A stretch of DNA of 64,000 nt from Lepidodermella squamata (taxonomy: Eukaryota > Animalia > Gastrotricha), in the NCBI GenBank assembly GCA_047495785.1, contig JBLDXI010000017.1, forward strand, positions 1,426,001-1,490,000. Direction: 5' to 3'. The translations under genes and the position numbers were made by a program. Positions 28,513 to 42,631 of this stretch are shown piece after piece. Every line of letters starts with the position of its first letter. Positions within the stretch are counted from its first letter, which is position 1. Below the pieces are notes generated by a model. The model had not been told where the DNA came from and searched no databases. It saw only the letters and a program-made list of their open reading frames with translations.

Positions 28513-31425
28513 TTACCGTCTATCTGGGCTTCGCTCTCGTCGATCGCGGTCACTTCGGCTTCGACTGTCACCGCCTCGACTCCACGAATCGCCACCGCGG
28601 CGGTCAGAGTAATCTCGCCGACCGCCGCCTCCTCCACCACCTCCACCGCCGCCCAAAACGCCGATTCGACGCGCGCCTTGGTCGTCGTTTCGACTACCCC
28701 GGGGTGGGGACCGGCTGCGGCGACGACTGCCGCTATCGTCATGGCTGCTTCGCTCCGGCTGCTCGCGGCCAGCGTCGCGTTCAGGACTAGAACTTGGGGT
28801 GCTACCACCGGACGGAGTTCGGCCGCCCTTATCGTCACCCGCCGAACTTTGTTGCATGGTACCCAGGGTCATCGGGCCACCGACAATGCCCATTGGTGGC
28901 CGCACGCCAGACAGACTCAACAGCTAATTAATTCACAAAAATTCAATTATTTTCAATAAATTTCACCAAAAAATCGCGATTTTATCTCTTCCTTAAAACT
29001 TAATTTTTCATCATCATGCTCAAGTCCTATCGAGACTTTAGCGCTATCGACCTTCACTTTACGAATAATCAGGCCGATGTTTATTTCAGCTATCGATTTT
29101 ACAAATTTTTTCCTTCTTGCAGAACCAAATTTTTAAATGAAAAATTTGCTCAAAAATGCATTTTCATAATTTTCGAAAAATTACAAGATCTAAATTCCGC
29201 GCGGTTTTCAATTCAGCATTTTATCATCACTTTGAGTCCTTTTGGTTCCAGCAAACTAATATTCTGTATTACAAAGCAGTGATTTTCCCGATATCGGATA
29301 TCTGGGAGGTGATTTTTGTTATAAATTTTACGTAGCTAAATTAAAAATAACAGGGTATAACATTACCGATTACAATACGAAAAAGACAAAATATTAAAAC
29401 TCTTATTTTCTAGCTATTTAGTGCTGAAGTCTCAATTTTAGCACTCCTTTAGACCCATTTGTATTTTTGCGGAGATTATTTACGCTGACAGTTGCTTGGC
29501 ATCAAATTAAATTATCCATCGATTTTGTGGCATAAATTCATGTAATTAACATGCAATTTTTGACATGTTTTGACCGACCTGGCTAGCGAGTGCAGGATTG
29601 CTCTGCATCAGGCGAATGAGATCAGCCGGAGGTTGGTTCGGCCCGCCGCCGCCACCGCCTGGCATCATGCCCGGAAGGCGAGCCCCGCCGGCCATTGCGG
29701 CGAGCAGCGCAGCTGGCCCGGCCGCTGCAGGGTTGAAAAAGCGCGGCGGTGGTTGACTGAAATCTTGCCCGGGCGCACCACCGCCTGACCCGCCGCCGCC
29801 GCCACTGGGTGCGCCGCCGAACGGTGCGTTGAACTGGCCGCCTGTAATTATTCACACAAAAACGATTGTTACACGTTTGCATTCATTATTTTAATACGTA
29901 TATGTCGACTATAATCCCCGTGACGCACACATATTTACGCAGGTTCAAATAGAATGCACCGAGGGAACGTGCCAAAAAACTTTTTCAGCAAAAAAATCGC
30001 CGTCACCAAAGAAAACTACCAAGCTCAAGTTTCAAGAGCTAAATCTGACATGTAGAAATAACGAAAGAAATTCAGGTACCATTTAAATGCAATTTTTTTA
30101 TCAATTTAATATCAGAATTCTATAATTAGGCTGAGAGAACCAAAATGAGATGGAATATTAGGCTGATTCTAAATATTAGACCAATTTGGGATTTCAAGTT
30201 TCTGTGAGGCCCAAGAATTAAATTAGATGAAAATAAGGAACTTCAATGGAAAAAATATTTATTTTCGATTTTTGTGATAATTCTAGGCTAGAATATATGA
30301 AAAATCAATTTAGTTTTTTTCCAAATTTCATAAGCCATAAAAAGTTCGTTCAACCAGGATAAATTGCATATCAAAGAAAAAGCCCCTTAACCAATCAACT
30401 CTACCGATTAATAATAGAGGAGCTCCGGAAAATTTGTCGTCACTTGAATCTTCATCATTCGAAATCGAAGACAAAAATACATGCAGAATAATTCTGATAA
30501 TGTAAATAATTTTTAACGAACCAGGAAAACCAAACGGAGGGAAGCCAAACGGCACATTACCACCAGCCGCTGCGTTTCCTGGTTGGTTCGACTGTTGACT
30601 AGGCGATTGTTGCTGCGGAGCTCCAGTAGCTGGCGGTTGCGGCTCTTGTTTCCGCCCGCCACCTATCGTTCCAATCGTCCCGATAACACTGATCGAGTTC
30701 GATTGCTTCTGACCCGGCGGGCCGCGTTGGAAATGCGGCGGCGGTTGGTTGAAATTCATCATAGGCGTGACTTGCTGCATGTTCGACCCGTCATCACGCT
30801 CTGATCCGTTCATATCATCGCCGTGATCTTGACCCCCGGATAAATTCGGAGCATTCGACGGTACAACAGACGGGATTGAACGCGGCATATTAACACCCAT
30901 CGGCATTCGGCCTGAGGTCAGCATTTTCATAGCTGATTGGCCGTCGCCGAATAAAGCGCGCAAAGACCGCTGCCGATCGCAGTAAATTCGCCACGTATCT
31001 TCATTGAACCCGTAATTGAAGTAATCCGTGATATCAGCACCAGGTTTGCGCCACGGTTTATCCTCATCGGCGACTGAGTCAACGTTGTACTCGAAAACGG
31101 GTACGTTGCCGATAAAAGCAGGCGCGTCTAGATCGATTTTATTGCCCGATTGAGCGTTCGATTGCGTTTGAGCAGCACCGCCAGGTTGAGCACCGGCAGC
31201 TTTTTGAGCATTGGCGCGTTGAGCAGCTGCTTTAGACAGGTCAAAAGTCGCCGTAGGCTTGATGTCACCGATAGTCACCTGAAAGCCGTCGTCGTCTTCG
31301 TCATCGTCGTATTCTTCTTCTTTAGCTTCTTCATCACCAGCTGGCGCGTCTTTTTCACCCTCCGGTCCTTCGGCCCAATCAAAACCGGCGTCGCCTTCTT
31401 GGCCCTGCGGCTCTACCTCAGACAT
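28513..31425 (-). CDS. FIP1L1: Pre-mRNA 3'-end-processing factor FIP1
   Basis: Fip1 motif [28 protein letters not shown], acidic N-terminus, Pro-rich middle exon (~29580-29843) and RS/RD-rich last exon. Confidence 0.93.
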
Positions 31426-31763
31426 TTCGAAGTTATAAACCCTAAAAACACAACATAGACCACTTAGCAACTACGTTTTATTTATCGTACAAAGCATTGT
31501 GCATTTTCTACAAATGGAATAGGAAGATTCCCTTTCTCATGATATTGAAGCAAATGTTATAATATGGCCTTTGAGAACAATGCACAGTCAAACTGCTCAA
31601 ACTTCATCACAACTTTGTGATTCATCTAAAATCAACTCTCATAATAGTAATAACAATATATTATCAGCTCGATGAAGAATCATGATACAACGACAATAAA
31701 GCTGAGGCTCATAATCGATGGTTTGTACAAAACGCTTTAAGGCTATGCATCAATGTCAAAAAT

Positions 31764-32915
31764 TCAACAATTTGGCTTATCGTGGTTTGCACCATTTGGC
31801 AAGATTGCGGGCTCAGGCACTTCTGCAATGGTTCGGTTAGCGTAAATTTCAGGATTCTCAGCGTACTCCATTATCCTAGCTTCGACCTGCTTGCTTCGCG
31901 CCGCTGCAGCACTGGCAGCCGCGGCTGTCAGTCCATGTGCGCCTCGAATAGAAGACAGATGAGGCGCGTAACCCATACCTTGGAAGAAGAGAACAAATGC
32001 TTCCGCTACTTTGGCCGGGCTTTCGAGCAGAGGCATTCCACCAGTGTCTGACAGCTTGACAAACTGAGTTTTGCTGGGGTCGAGGCGGCTATTCAGCTCA
32101 GTTACTTCATCTACATTAGGTGCGAAGTCGCCACAAACAAGAAGCGTCTGGCACTTGATCTGATTGATTGGTGTCGGAGCAAGCGCTGAAATATCAGTAC
32201 GCCGTCCGTACGATTCCAACAGCTTTGCCAAATTCTTCCGGTTGATAAGAGCAGGGCTGTTTAACTGGTCAGCGCAGATTTGCAGTAAATCGTGGTTTAT
32301 TTCACGGCTCCAATCGCCAAGCCAGTGCCAAAGGAAATACTGCTCAGTAGACTCTGGCAACAAATCGGAGGCTAGCTGCCAAATGTGATACTTGATACGA
32401 GCCCATTCAACCCAGCCACATGCAGTAACAGATCCATTAATAAGGGTCAGCGATAGAAGAGAATTACTCATGAAAGTGGCGTATCTCAGCAAAATATTAG
32501 CACCAATGCCAACGCCAACTCCATGGAAAAACTTAATCGATAGCATATCGAGAACTGATGAAAAATGGCGGGCTAGTTCGTCGAGAGAAGGCATAACATA
32601 CATGACAGGCAAGTCTTCAGCCCGTTCCCACTGTCCTGGTAGGTCAATGTGATAAATTCTGAACAATCGAAGGAATGGCTGAAGCTCTTGACAGCTGAAA
32701 AACGTGTCATAACACATGCTTGAGCTCAAGCCGATGTCAGACAGAGTGACAATTGCTGGTTTTGATGGGTCACCCCTCACAGAAATACGAAACTCGCCAC
32801 CTTGCGTCGAAATCGTACGAACTTCGGATGGCTCAATTACTATTTCTTTACGTGCCAAACCGCGCCCGTCATCGAGCAAAACCGAAGTAAGTTCAATGTC
32901 TGTTGTAGTTTCCAT
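31764..32915 (-). CDS. NDRG: NDRG-family alpha/beta-hydrolase-fold protein
   Basis: PAIVTLSDIGL, YHIDLPGQ, GVGIGANIL, GWVEWA, SRLDPSKT, LESPAKVAEAFVLFFQGMGY. Single coding exon. Confidence 0.9.
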   Translation of the reverse strand: METTTDIELTSVLLDDGRGLARKEIVIEPSEVRTISTQGGEFRISVRGDPSKPAIVTLSDIGLSSSMCYDTFFSCQELQPFLRLFRIYHIDLPGQWERAEDLPVMYVMPSLDELARHFSSVLDMLSIKFFHGVGVGIGANILLRYATFMSNSLLSLTLINGSVTACGWVEWARIKYHIWQLASDLLPESTEQYFLWHWLGDWSREINHDLLQICADQLNSPALINRKNLAKLLESYGRRTDISALAPTPINQIKCQTLLVCGDFAPNVDEVTELNSRLDPSKTQFVKLSDTGGMPLLESPAKVAEAFVLFFQGMGYAPHLSSIRGAHGLTAAAASAAAARSKQVEARIMEYAENPEIYANRTIAEVPEPAILPNGANHDKPNC

Positions 32916-35141
32916 CAATTTGTTTTAGTAATTACTAGATATGATAAACGTTGCACAAATATGAAAGCGTTGCACAGAGAATTCAGATTCGACTTTCTCG
33001 ATGGCGAATCTAGACTCTGCTTTGTGGTTAACTTGGGATTCGATGAGAGATGTTTCGAAATTCAAAAATAAGATTGATAATCAACATTACATCATTGATT
33101 AGTGATTAGCGATTCAAGCTGCATGACTAAGCCAAATCTAGAATCTAGGCATCTTGCCAAATAACAAAGGAGAACAAAAATATTAGTCTTGCAGTAAAGA
33201 GTCATAGCCTATCAAACGTATGAAGCCTACTAAAATTCAGAGACGGCAACTAATCTATGATTATTTTGCTCAGGAACGCGGGACACAATGGTGTGAATCG
33301 AAATGAACCATCATGAATCGCCTAGCGGAGCGAATAAGGCACAGCAAAAGCTACCACGAATTAAGACCATATCTCAGCAGAATCAATGCTGTGAAGCTAA
33401 ATCAAGCTTTATCGATCACATGACATTACGTGAAGGTTAATTTGTAAATATCAGAATCAGTATCAAAACTTATATTTAAATTTATTTGAAAGATGATATG
33501 CAATATTGAAGCGACTTATGTTAGCAGGTTATTTTAGCTGCGGATTGTCTTTCGTGGCGAAATGGGCAGGTCCTTTGGCAATTTGAATTGAATAACAGAG
33601 GAAAGTGGGGCGACCAATCTCAAAGGTCATCGGGGGCGGGACGTATTAGATTGTGATCTTAGGCCTTTTGTCTCAATTTCGACCTTAGACAGACTGTCGA
33701 CGTCACTCTTTTCGCCTGGATCCCTTGAAAAGCCAGCGACCAGCTTGAAATATCTGATCTCCCATTAACAACAGTCAAGCGTTCAGATGTTCGTGGCATT
33801 TAGCGAGCCACCTAGCCCTAGCTAGACGATCAGAGCATGCAGTCAGCGTGACCATGCGTTCTCCATGTGGTTCACTGCATGACGTCAGCGAGAATCGGCG
33901 CGTTCGATCCGCGCCGTTCCCACAGCTCATTTTTACAGCTTTCACAAGCTCTCATCGGAATTCTTCATTCAGTTTTATTGTGCTCAGTTAAGTATCTCAA
34001 TTTGTCCGTGGAGGTATGATTTATCTGCGCCGTCAAGCAAAAAATATCTTAGTTTTGGTACAGACCACGTTGACGTTGATTGAATTTATTTGAATTGAAT
34101 TTATAACTTCGAACTCGCACGACCGCTGACAATTACGTAACCACAGTGGCCATCTGTAATAATCCAATCAACACGTTAGAAGTGTTACCAGTGATTCAGA
34201 GCCAACACTTTTTTTAGCAAGCAAGCAACTTGAGAGCATAGAGAACGCAACTTATGCCTCTGTGCTTATCATGGCGCCTTTCTGTGCTTGAGTTTAAATG
34301 CTCAGGTAAAGATTGCGCTTATCGACGATTCTGAACTCCGAATTTCTTTCGGTTCCATCACTCTTCTAACAAAAAAATATGTCAACTTAAATTCAAAATT
34401 GGAAGCACAACAGCGCTCAATAGATTAATCTCCCAAGAATTCAGCCGGTAAATTTCTGAGATCTAGAAGATTTCCAGAGGAATAAAAGTAACACAAACTA
34501 AATGGATTGTGACTGAACGCTGATGTCAATATTATTCCATTTGCGAAGACCTCTCAGGGTAGCTTCATCTCTCAGCATTATGCTTCTGCTCTCTTTAGAT
34601 GCGTATCATGGTTAGATCTCGGAATGCGTACCTTTAGAGGAATTAGCACTATCACAAGTTGCTTTCTCTCTATGCTCTCAAGTTGCTTGCTTTTGCTAAA
34701 TATTCGATCCACCGGGATTGATTTTCCTTCATTTTGCCTGACATATTTTACTGAACATTTTGAAAATAATGCTGATTTTTCGATTTATCTCAAAATAAAT
34801 CCTCATGGACATAAGACTATTGGCGGCACGCAGGACTAAATCATTGCGGATTTCGGCTGCGGCTGATCGAGGCATGGTTCGAGGTCTTTGCGGCTTGTTG
34901 CTTCATGGCCATCACCCCGTCTACGTACTACGTAGAAGTGTCAACCAAGGAAATATGCTATGACAGCGGTGGCCGATGATGGCATATATCATAGAGAAAT
35001 TTCCGATTTCTTCATTCAAAAAGGCTTCTTAATCCATAGTCAAACATCGATTGTTTCTGCTGAGTAGTATAACGAATATTTTAAAAAGCGAGATAATAAA
35101 CCATTGAGTGACATTTTATTCTTCATTGTAAAATATTGTGG

Positions 35142-37324
35142 CTAGACTTTGGCCCCGGCGACCCAATTTTCGTAGCAAAACACTGTTTGTACCCAGGCGT
35201 AGGATCCAAGGACGTAAATCCAACAATTAATTGTCGCTGAAAACATGAGCAAAATTTAAGGAAGAAACAACGATTTTCACGGGAACTTACTTGGTAGGAA
35301 AGCTCGTATAACAACTATAACAGCCGGATCCCAGCCCATGAGGAAAAACGCGATGGCAAAGCATGAGAAGGTGAAAGAAATAGCGCCACCCAACGCTTCT
35401 AACCGCCTCCAACCTTGCGGCGACAAATTTTGCCGAATTTTCGCGTAAATGAACGACTTAGGGTTGTTGCAAGCTTGGCGCAACAGTCCTTCGACAACTA
35501 TCTGGGAGAAATTGCACGCCGTCCACAGAGCCATTGTCCGGTTAGTACCATGCCACGCCCAGATGAAGAAGAACGTAACAGCACCGCCAAGTTGTTTGCC
35601 GACTTTTTTACCGACTGGCACGTAGATGTAGCTTTTGAGGAAGTCGTAAAGACCCGTGTCGAAGTATTTCCACATGTTCGAGTAAAGGTAGACGCGAGAA
35701 ATGCATATTGGAAGCGGCGTCAGTTCGACGCCGTGATCGAGGTAGGCAAAAATCAGCGACAAGCCATAAATTACCATGTATTTCGCCTGGAAATATTGAC
35801 CATGTGACCAAGCTGAAAAAAAACAAAAATAGATAATCGTCTGAAAAATTGAATTAATTAAATCACTAACTGATAATTCCGATTCCATACGAATCAAGGT
35901 TGTCCAAAACATCATGAAAATGTTCCACTGTGTAGTGCATGAAAAGCTCGCCCCAGATCATGGCGAAGAAGAGCCAAAAAACAACGAGTGCCACTTTACG
36001 AATAAAAGGCACAAGGTGAAATTGCCTCGATTCTGGCTTGTTTGAGGCGAAAGGTAATACAACATGGTCGTGGTAATGACGGTAAGTGATGATTGAAGCG
36101 ACAATGGTGGGTGTGTACCAGAAATAGGCGAAAAAATCCAAAAGGCCAAAAGATGGCTTTGGTCCATCTGAATTCGTACAGTCGTCAATTTTATCCCGAA
36201 TTTCCTTGATAATTTCTCCTGTAGCCTCCGCTGCTTTCAATGGCTCACCGTCAAGCAATCGATTTCTTTTAATCGAATTTTCTGAATCTTGACCAGGCTC
36301 AGTTGACTTCTGGGATTCATCGCAATTCTTCAGTTTAGCTTTGGTTTTTAGATGCCATTGCCATTCGCTTCCGAAACTGACTAAAATCGAAGAAGTTATC
36401 GAAATCGTTACGAGGGCATAATTATCGCTCGAATAGGAACAAGTAAAAATCGCAAAAAATCGAATAGAATGCTTTGATTTCCGTTTTAAGAACCTTTTCA
36501 AAAGTTCAAACAGCTCCAAATTTAAAGGAAATTTCAAAAAAACTACTCCAAAAAATAATACTGAATCTAATAAAAAAATCTCAATTAGGTAAATTTTTCA
36601 ATCATACCATATCTCATTACGTTCCACATGCAAAACCACATGGCGAAGATGTTGGCATGTGCATTGCCTGAGTACCAATACTCCCCAGCTTTGAAAATGT
36701 TTGAAAACTGGTGGGAAACAACAATATGACCGATTCCGACCAGCCATCCGAAAACGATTGGAAATTTGCTAATTCTCATGCAGAAATAAACGACAAACAT
36801 TTCCGCAGCTTGGATCGACGTGTTGTAGAAGCCCAGCGTAGCAATCATATTGGCGAAACCAATGATCAAATTTGACCAGCGACGTAAATGATAGAGTTTG
36901 AAATAACAGATAAGTTGAGTAGCCGCGGCATTGATACAGCCGCAAATTGAAAATCTGAGCCAATGTGAAAGAAACGCCGACCATTCTACATCTGCAACAT
37001 CCTTGATAATTCGGGGAAAAAATCGGTAAAATGTTCATAGAAAATTGCTTTCTCACCTGATAATGGCCTGGAATGAAATGTCCTAGGTGTTCTTCATCAG
37101 CCCATTCATTGATGGTTAAAGTATCAGACGCCTCTAGCAAAATAATTTGAGCTGATTTCAGCTGATTTTCACATGGGTTTCAACTCACTTGTTGCACCAT
37201 GATAAAGATTTCGGAGGCCAGATCCAACGCAAAATGACATGACTAGGAAATTGATCAACAGTTCCACTTTGTTAATCGGAGCATGAATCGACGCAACTGC
37301 AGGCTTCACCTCGACCGCAGTCAT
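35142..37324 (-). CDS. HHAT: Hedgehog acyltransferase-like MBOAT (HHAT/rasp), multi-exon
   Basis: GQYFQAKYMVIYG, PICISRVYLYSNMWKYFDTGLYDFLKSYIYVP, FIWAWHG (catalytic His). Confidence 0.85.
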
Positions 37325-38831
37325 TTTTTTCTCCTTCTAAAATCTAAAATAAGTGAAAATCAAGGTGAGCCTTTATAGGATGCGATGAAGTTAGACAACG
37401 GGAAAATTGATCAATTTTCTCTGAGCAGGAAATTCGATACGAGAAGCTGTCTCGTCTCATCACAACACGCGGCTATAAGTAACCAGAGTCGAGGACAAAT
37501 TTATTAAATATAATGTTAAAAAGAGCACGCGACTAGATTTTTCAGCAACGATAGCACCAGCTGGCCAGGCGGAGTCATTTTTTTCACTGCCACTAATGGA
37601 ATCCGCGAGGCAGAATAATGAAGCAGCAGCAGCTGATGTGGGAGCTGCTGTTTTCGTTCGCATAAATTAAGCCGAAAAAGCCAACCCAGGTATTCAGATT
37701 ACAACAGTTCATCACTTCACCGCCAGCTCATCGTTGAAATTTTCCAATTTTTCATTCCAATTTTTCCAATTTTGCGGCTATTCCAGGCCGCAAAATTTTC
37801 GAAGTTGAAATGGATCCAAGTTGCGCACACGTTGAATAATCCGCAGACCAATAATGGCCGCCAGAAGGTAAGAAAATGATTCCACTCATGGTCGTCAATG
37901 TCCTATTCAGACGGGCAAAAAATGGAAGTGTTAGGATTCAGAAAAATTTATATTGATTTCGAACTTTAAGGTGGTTTGCGATTATATGAAGTAAGGTTCC
38001 GCTTGAGCAGCTTCTTCAGGATACGCTTTTTTGAAACGAGCAACATCGGCTACAAATTTCAAGGCACATCATTCATTCTGAGTTTGAAATCGAATTTTTA
38101 CCTGTAACGTTTAAAAAGATATTTCGAAGACCCAGATAAACGAAGGTGAAAAATAGCATAAAGAAAATAGTTGAACTTTTGAGATGGGTGAGTGGATTTG
38201 GACAGACATTGCCTTTAATTTTAGTATCACATTTTCTCATGTTAATGACTCAACATGAATCCGAGCTAAACCAACGTGCTCTGAACGACCGTATAGCGAG
38301 ATAAGATTATGAGGTTATGGCGCATCAAATAGCCCTGTTATAGCTCTTATATATCGCTCTTATACACGCGCATTAATGGGATTTAGAAATGGATGAATTA
38401 ACAATTAACGACTTCCCTAAATCCCTATAAGATAGCTAGAAAACTTATTAAATTTAAAAATTTGAATTGTCGTTCAGGGTTCGGAATGGGACAACATATT
38501 TGCACCCCTATAATTTAGATTACTCCAGCCAATTTTTACGATTATTTGAGATTTTGATGTTTCCATATTGTACTGAAGCCCTCGATCATCACGGGATTAT
38601 TCATTCTAGAAACCTGTTATGCCATCAGATAGGCAGAACCTTTATTAATTTTGGCTCTGATATCGTAATCACTGATTTGTAAAATCGATACCTGGAATCG
38701 ATATCGGGTTTGCAGATGATGAAAGCCCATATTTTTGGGGAGTCTGAACGCTGGAACCCTAAAATTGAAGCACATCTCCAATTTAAAAAAAAAATCAATA
38801 GAAAATGTACGCAGAATAACTCTTTTATTAA

Positions 38832-40159
38832 TCATTTATCAATATTCATTGAAATCACATTTCCTCGACGATCAACGCCGATAATATTTCCATTGTCATG
38901 AAAGTGTATATGTGAACTCATGAGAGGCTCATTCGAAACTCGACCTTGTCGAACGAGTTTGCAACTTTCAAAATCGATGACTAGGAAATAGCCATCTTTG
39001 GTAAGCACGTGAAGCTCTTTCATCTTCTGATCAAACTGTAACACAAATAATTATTAAAATTAATCAATAACATTCAATCAATGGCTTGAAAACCTGAATT
39101 GTGATCGGGAAATCATATCCAGTTGGATGCTGCTTTGCAAATTGAACCTTACAAGATTTTTCCTGGCCCAACTTCTCTTCTTGTTCATTCAATTCCATCA
39201 CATGTACAACCCCCTCGCCATTGTTGGTAATCCCAGATGACGCCGTTGCTAGGTAGCTTAAATCTCCGATTTTGAAAAAGTTCACCGCCTGACCTTGAAG
39301 GGTGGCTACAAAACGAGAGCCGTGAAAAATTTGAAGCTGCCCAACAGAACTTTGTTTGAACGTTTGCATGCTCATTAGGACACCCCATTTCAACGTTGGG
39401 TCGACTTGATAATCGTACAATTTGAAGCTTTTCTCGTGAATTTTCCAGCATTTCGCGCCCCGTCTTGAACAAATCAATTCAGCCTCAGCGTCGTCGGAGT
39501 TGTTGCCAGTTGTCGAGGCGTGATAGATTGAATGATGAGTTACAACCCCTAACACGGTTGGGGTTAGCCATTTCATCAAAGAAATGCGATCATCGGTGAA
39601 TTTCAGATACTTCAACTTGCAGTTGTCAAACAAATTCCACAGTTGAATTTCATCGCTGTCTTTGATGGCAGCAATATCGCCGGTTGGGTTGACGAGGATA
39701 AGATCGCCGAAGAAGCTGCGACGAGCTACGGATGCGGCTGTTGGGCTAGCCAAGTCGATGATTCGAAGTTCCAAGGTCTTGGCAAATTCGCTTAGTTCTC
39801 TCGATCGAGTTTGAAGGCATAGCGTCTTTTGGGTTACACTAGACGCCACCACTTCATCATATTCGATATCGAGATCTTTGAGCTGAAAACATTAGAAGTA
39901 ATTAGCTTGGAAAATGAAGTTTCCGATGTTGGAAAAATTTCCAAATTTCGCTAAGCATCGGAAATTTCAAGTTTTTTTTCATTTTTTAGAGCCGAAAATC
40001 AGTCTTTTCCTACAACTTAGACCGGAATTTCGAAAAATGATCAATTTAAGTTAATCGGTCGATAATTTAGCTTGTTTAGAGACTTGAAATTGTGTTAATG
40101 GTTATAAAATTTACCTTGAACAGTAAACTCAAGTTGAAACTTCTTTTTTCACCAGCCAT
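38832..40159 (-). CDS. Stand-alone clathrin terminal-domain-like protein (3 exons)
   Basis: MAGEKRSFNLSLLFK^LKDLDI, DLILVNPTGDIAAIK, MKWLTPTVLGVVTHHSIYH, DFPITIQ^, HVLTKDGYFLVIDFES, GIIGV-like GNIIGVDRRGNVISMNIDK then stop. Confidence 0.72.
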
Positions 40160-40498
40160 CTCTTGAATAAGCATGAAAAAATTGTGTAAATCAATAAGCG
40201 CTCTTTCTTGCGATATCTCTGCTTAAAAAACCGCTATAACCCGCCTAAATCTTGAAGCGCAGGTTGTCCCGTACAACAACAATGCCTGCTACGACTCATT
40301 AATAATGCCACTTGTGAATGGCGCCGTAAACCCGGTCCAGGCAATAAAGACCTGAGGCATCGATCAATGTTTAAAAATATACCTCATTGTTTACATTTGC
40401 AAGACGTTTCTGTTTAATTTTTAAACAAATCATTAAGAGAATCTTTAAAAAATGTTAGTCTGATTATTTTTTGTCCATCATTCGGCTGGTGACATTTC

Positions 40499-41304
40499 TT
40501 ACTGGACTTGGCGGCACGCATCAGCGCATTGGGCTGAAGTTGTGTGAGAAACACTCTGCGTGAATAAATGCAATATAAAAGAAAGAAAATTAAAAAAAAT
40601 CGAAAGAATATACCGTCATCGAACAGCTTTCGCTAGCGTCGATGCACTGACAGGCTCCGGCTGTATTCGGCACGTAGCATTGTTGGGTCTTGTCGCCGCA
40701 AAACGCATTGCACGTCTCCATGTCGTGCTTCTTCGACGACAGCTTGAAGCTACACTTCTTGCTGTCTTCCGACAACGGCATGCATGAGCAATAGCCATCT
40801 TCGGGATCGTTACAGCTCTGAAGAAATGAATTATAATTGCGAATTTATTATTATCAAATTTGAAACTCACCACAGCAGTTGCATTGGCGCTGCCGTGTTT
40901 GTTTTTGCGACCTGAGAAAATGAAATAATAATAATAATAGAAAAGTGTTATTAATTTACCTTCGCCATGCTTTTTCTTGCCTGAATACGGAAAATTAATG
41001 TAACGGCAATGTTAAATTTAGGCTAGGATTTACCTTCATGATCTTTGCCCTTCTTGGAATCGTGATCCTTGCCTTTGTTCTTGTCGTGATCTTTTCCCTT
41101 CCGCTCGTGATCGCCACCGTGCTTCTTGCTCTTCGTCTCGCCAGACTTATTGCGATCCTCTCCGCTGTTACTGTTGTCATCTCCGGATTCAGATCCATGC
41201 CGGCCAATCGAGCCACCAGATGAACCCCAGCTGCAAGCGTACGTGACGTAGCAAGCGACGGTGAGGACAACCAAGGTTACAAGAATAACTTTGTTAAGAG
41301 CCAT
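40499..41304 (-). CDS. Small secreted protein with K/D/H-rich repeats and a Cys-rich C-terminal domain, with micro-exons
   Basis: Signal peptide MALNKVILVTLVVLTVACYVTYA, KGKDH repeats, Cys-rich exon 40615-40817, last exon SVSHTTSAQCADACRQVQ. TATATAAG lies ~70 nt upstream. Confidence 0.7.
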
Positions 41305-41658
41305 TATAGTGAAAATAATCGGTTGATTGAATGTGAATTTAGTCCATGAAGAATGCCGCTAATCGCAGCCCCTTATATAGGCCGCATTCAACCTAACCCG
41401 GTACAGAGACAACCCATTGATAGGCTCCAACGATCGGAACCTGAATAACAATTAGGATGATACTGCGCAGCAGTCAAACTAAATAACAATAACGAGTTCG
41501 TGTCCTGAAACCAGACAGGTTTTCATGGCGCAAAGTTTTATTGCCCGACATGAAAAAAATGTTGCAAGGGTACAAAACTAATACAACTGTAACAAGGTGG
41601 GTATGTAACAATCAGTGTCCATTAATTGGTTTATATTCTACAAAGATCGGTTGCGCTA

Positions 41659-42631
41659 TCACACCTGCGAAAAAAACCACTTTAATTTGTTCAAAGAATT
41701 ATTCAATAAAAAATTACCTTGACATTGGTGCGCTTGTAATTTTGAGATCAGCTGAGGCCCGCAGCATAAGAGCGAGGCGGCGATAGCAATGTCGGTATGG
41801 TATCGATTAGGACGACCTTCGCATCGAATCAAGATGCCAGCATCATTGTAGTTGACGAGATTCAGTTGTCGCTGAGGCGATGCATATGGATTGGGACTAA
41901 GCTCCATCATATTCATCCGTTGCGAGGTTCCAATCGGGGCAACCCGTTCGTTATTAATACACTCTTCCCGTTCAAATTGGAATGCCTAGATAGGTAAAGT
42001 TTTGAATATTTTCGAAGAAAAATCAGGTTTAGAGTACCTTGCTCCCGCAACAGGCTGTCCGTTCCAAATCCATTGGATTGTTAACAAAATACGATTTGCC
42101 GTTACATCGCACGACCGGCCTGGTAACACCGTAACGATCCACCATAAAAGTTGAATCAATTACAAGCGGCTGGCTTTCGAAAAACGAATCTTCCTCGCTG
42201 GTTTCCGTAAAATGATCCGATTCCCCTGTCAGAATTTCAGTAGTTGTGGTACTAGTTGTTGCGATGGGGGTTGTCGAGGCTTGGCCTTTGAGGGCAAGTT
42301 CAAGGAGCAGCTTAGCGAACGCCTTCCGACTCAGCGCGGTTTTAACAGAACTTCTATGCGAAGGTCGGATGGCCGATAGAGAATTTTCTGGGGATCCTAA
42401 TTCACGCCTATTTGCTCTATTAGGATATTCCGTGGTCGGCTGACGGTAGGATATTTCCAGCCGGTTCGGTCGCGATAGGTAAAGCGTCCACCTTCGCGGG
42501 GGTAAGGCGTCAGACAAACTGATTGACGGCGGCCCGTTGTAGCTGGCTGAATCATGGCCCTGAGGGTAGGATATGACCGCAGAGATTGTCCCGAAAACAG
42601 ATAAAACGAGGTAAGGATGCATTTTTTTCAT
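41659..42631 (-). CDS. Secreted hypothetical protein (2 exons)
   Basis: Signal peptide MKKMHPYLVLSVFGTISAVIS, Thr-rich tract, CNG..ACCGSK, then a GT-AG intron joining the 41659..41916 frame. Confidence 0.55.
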
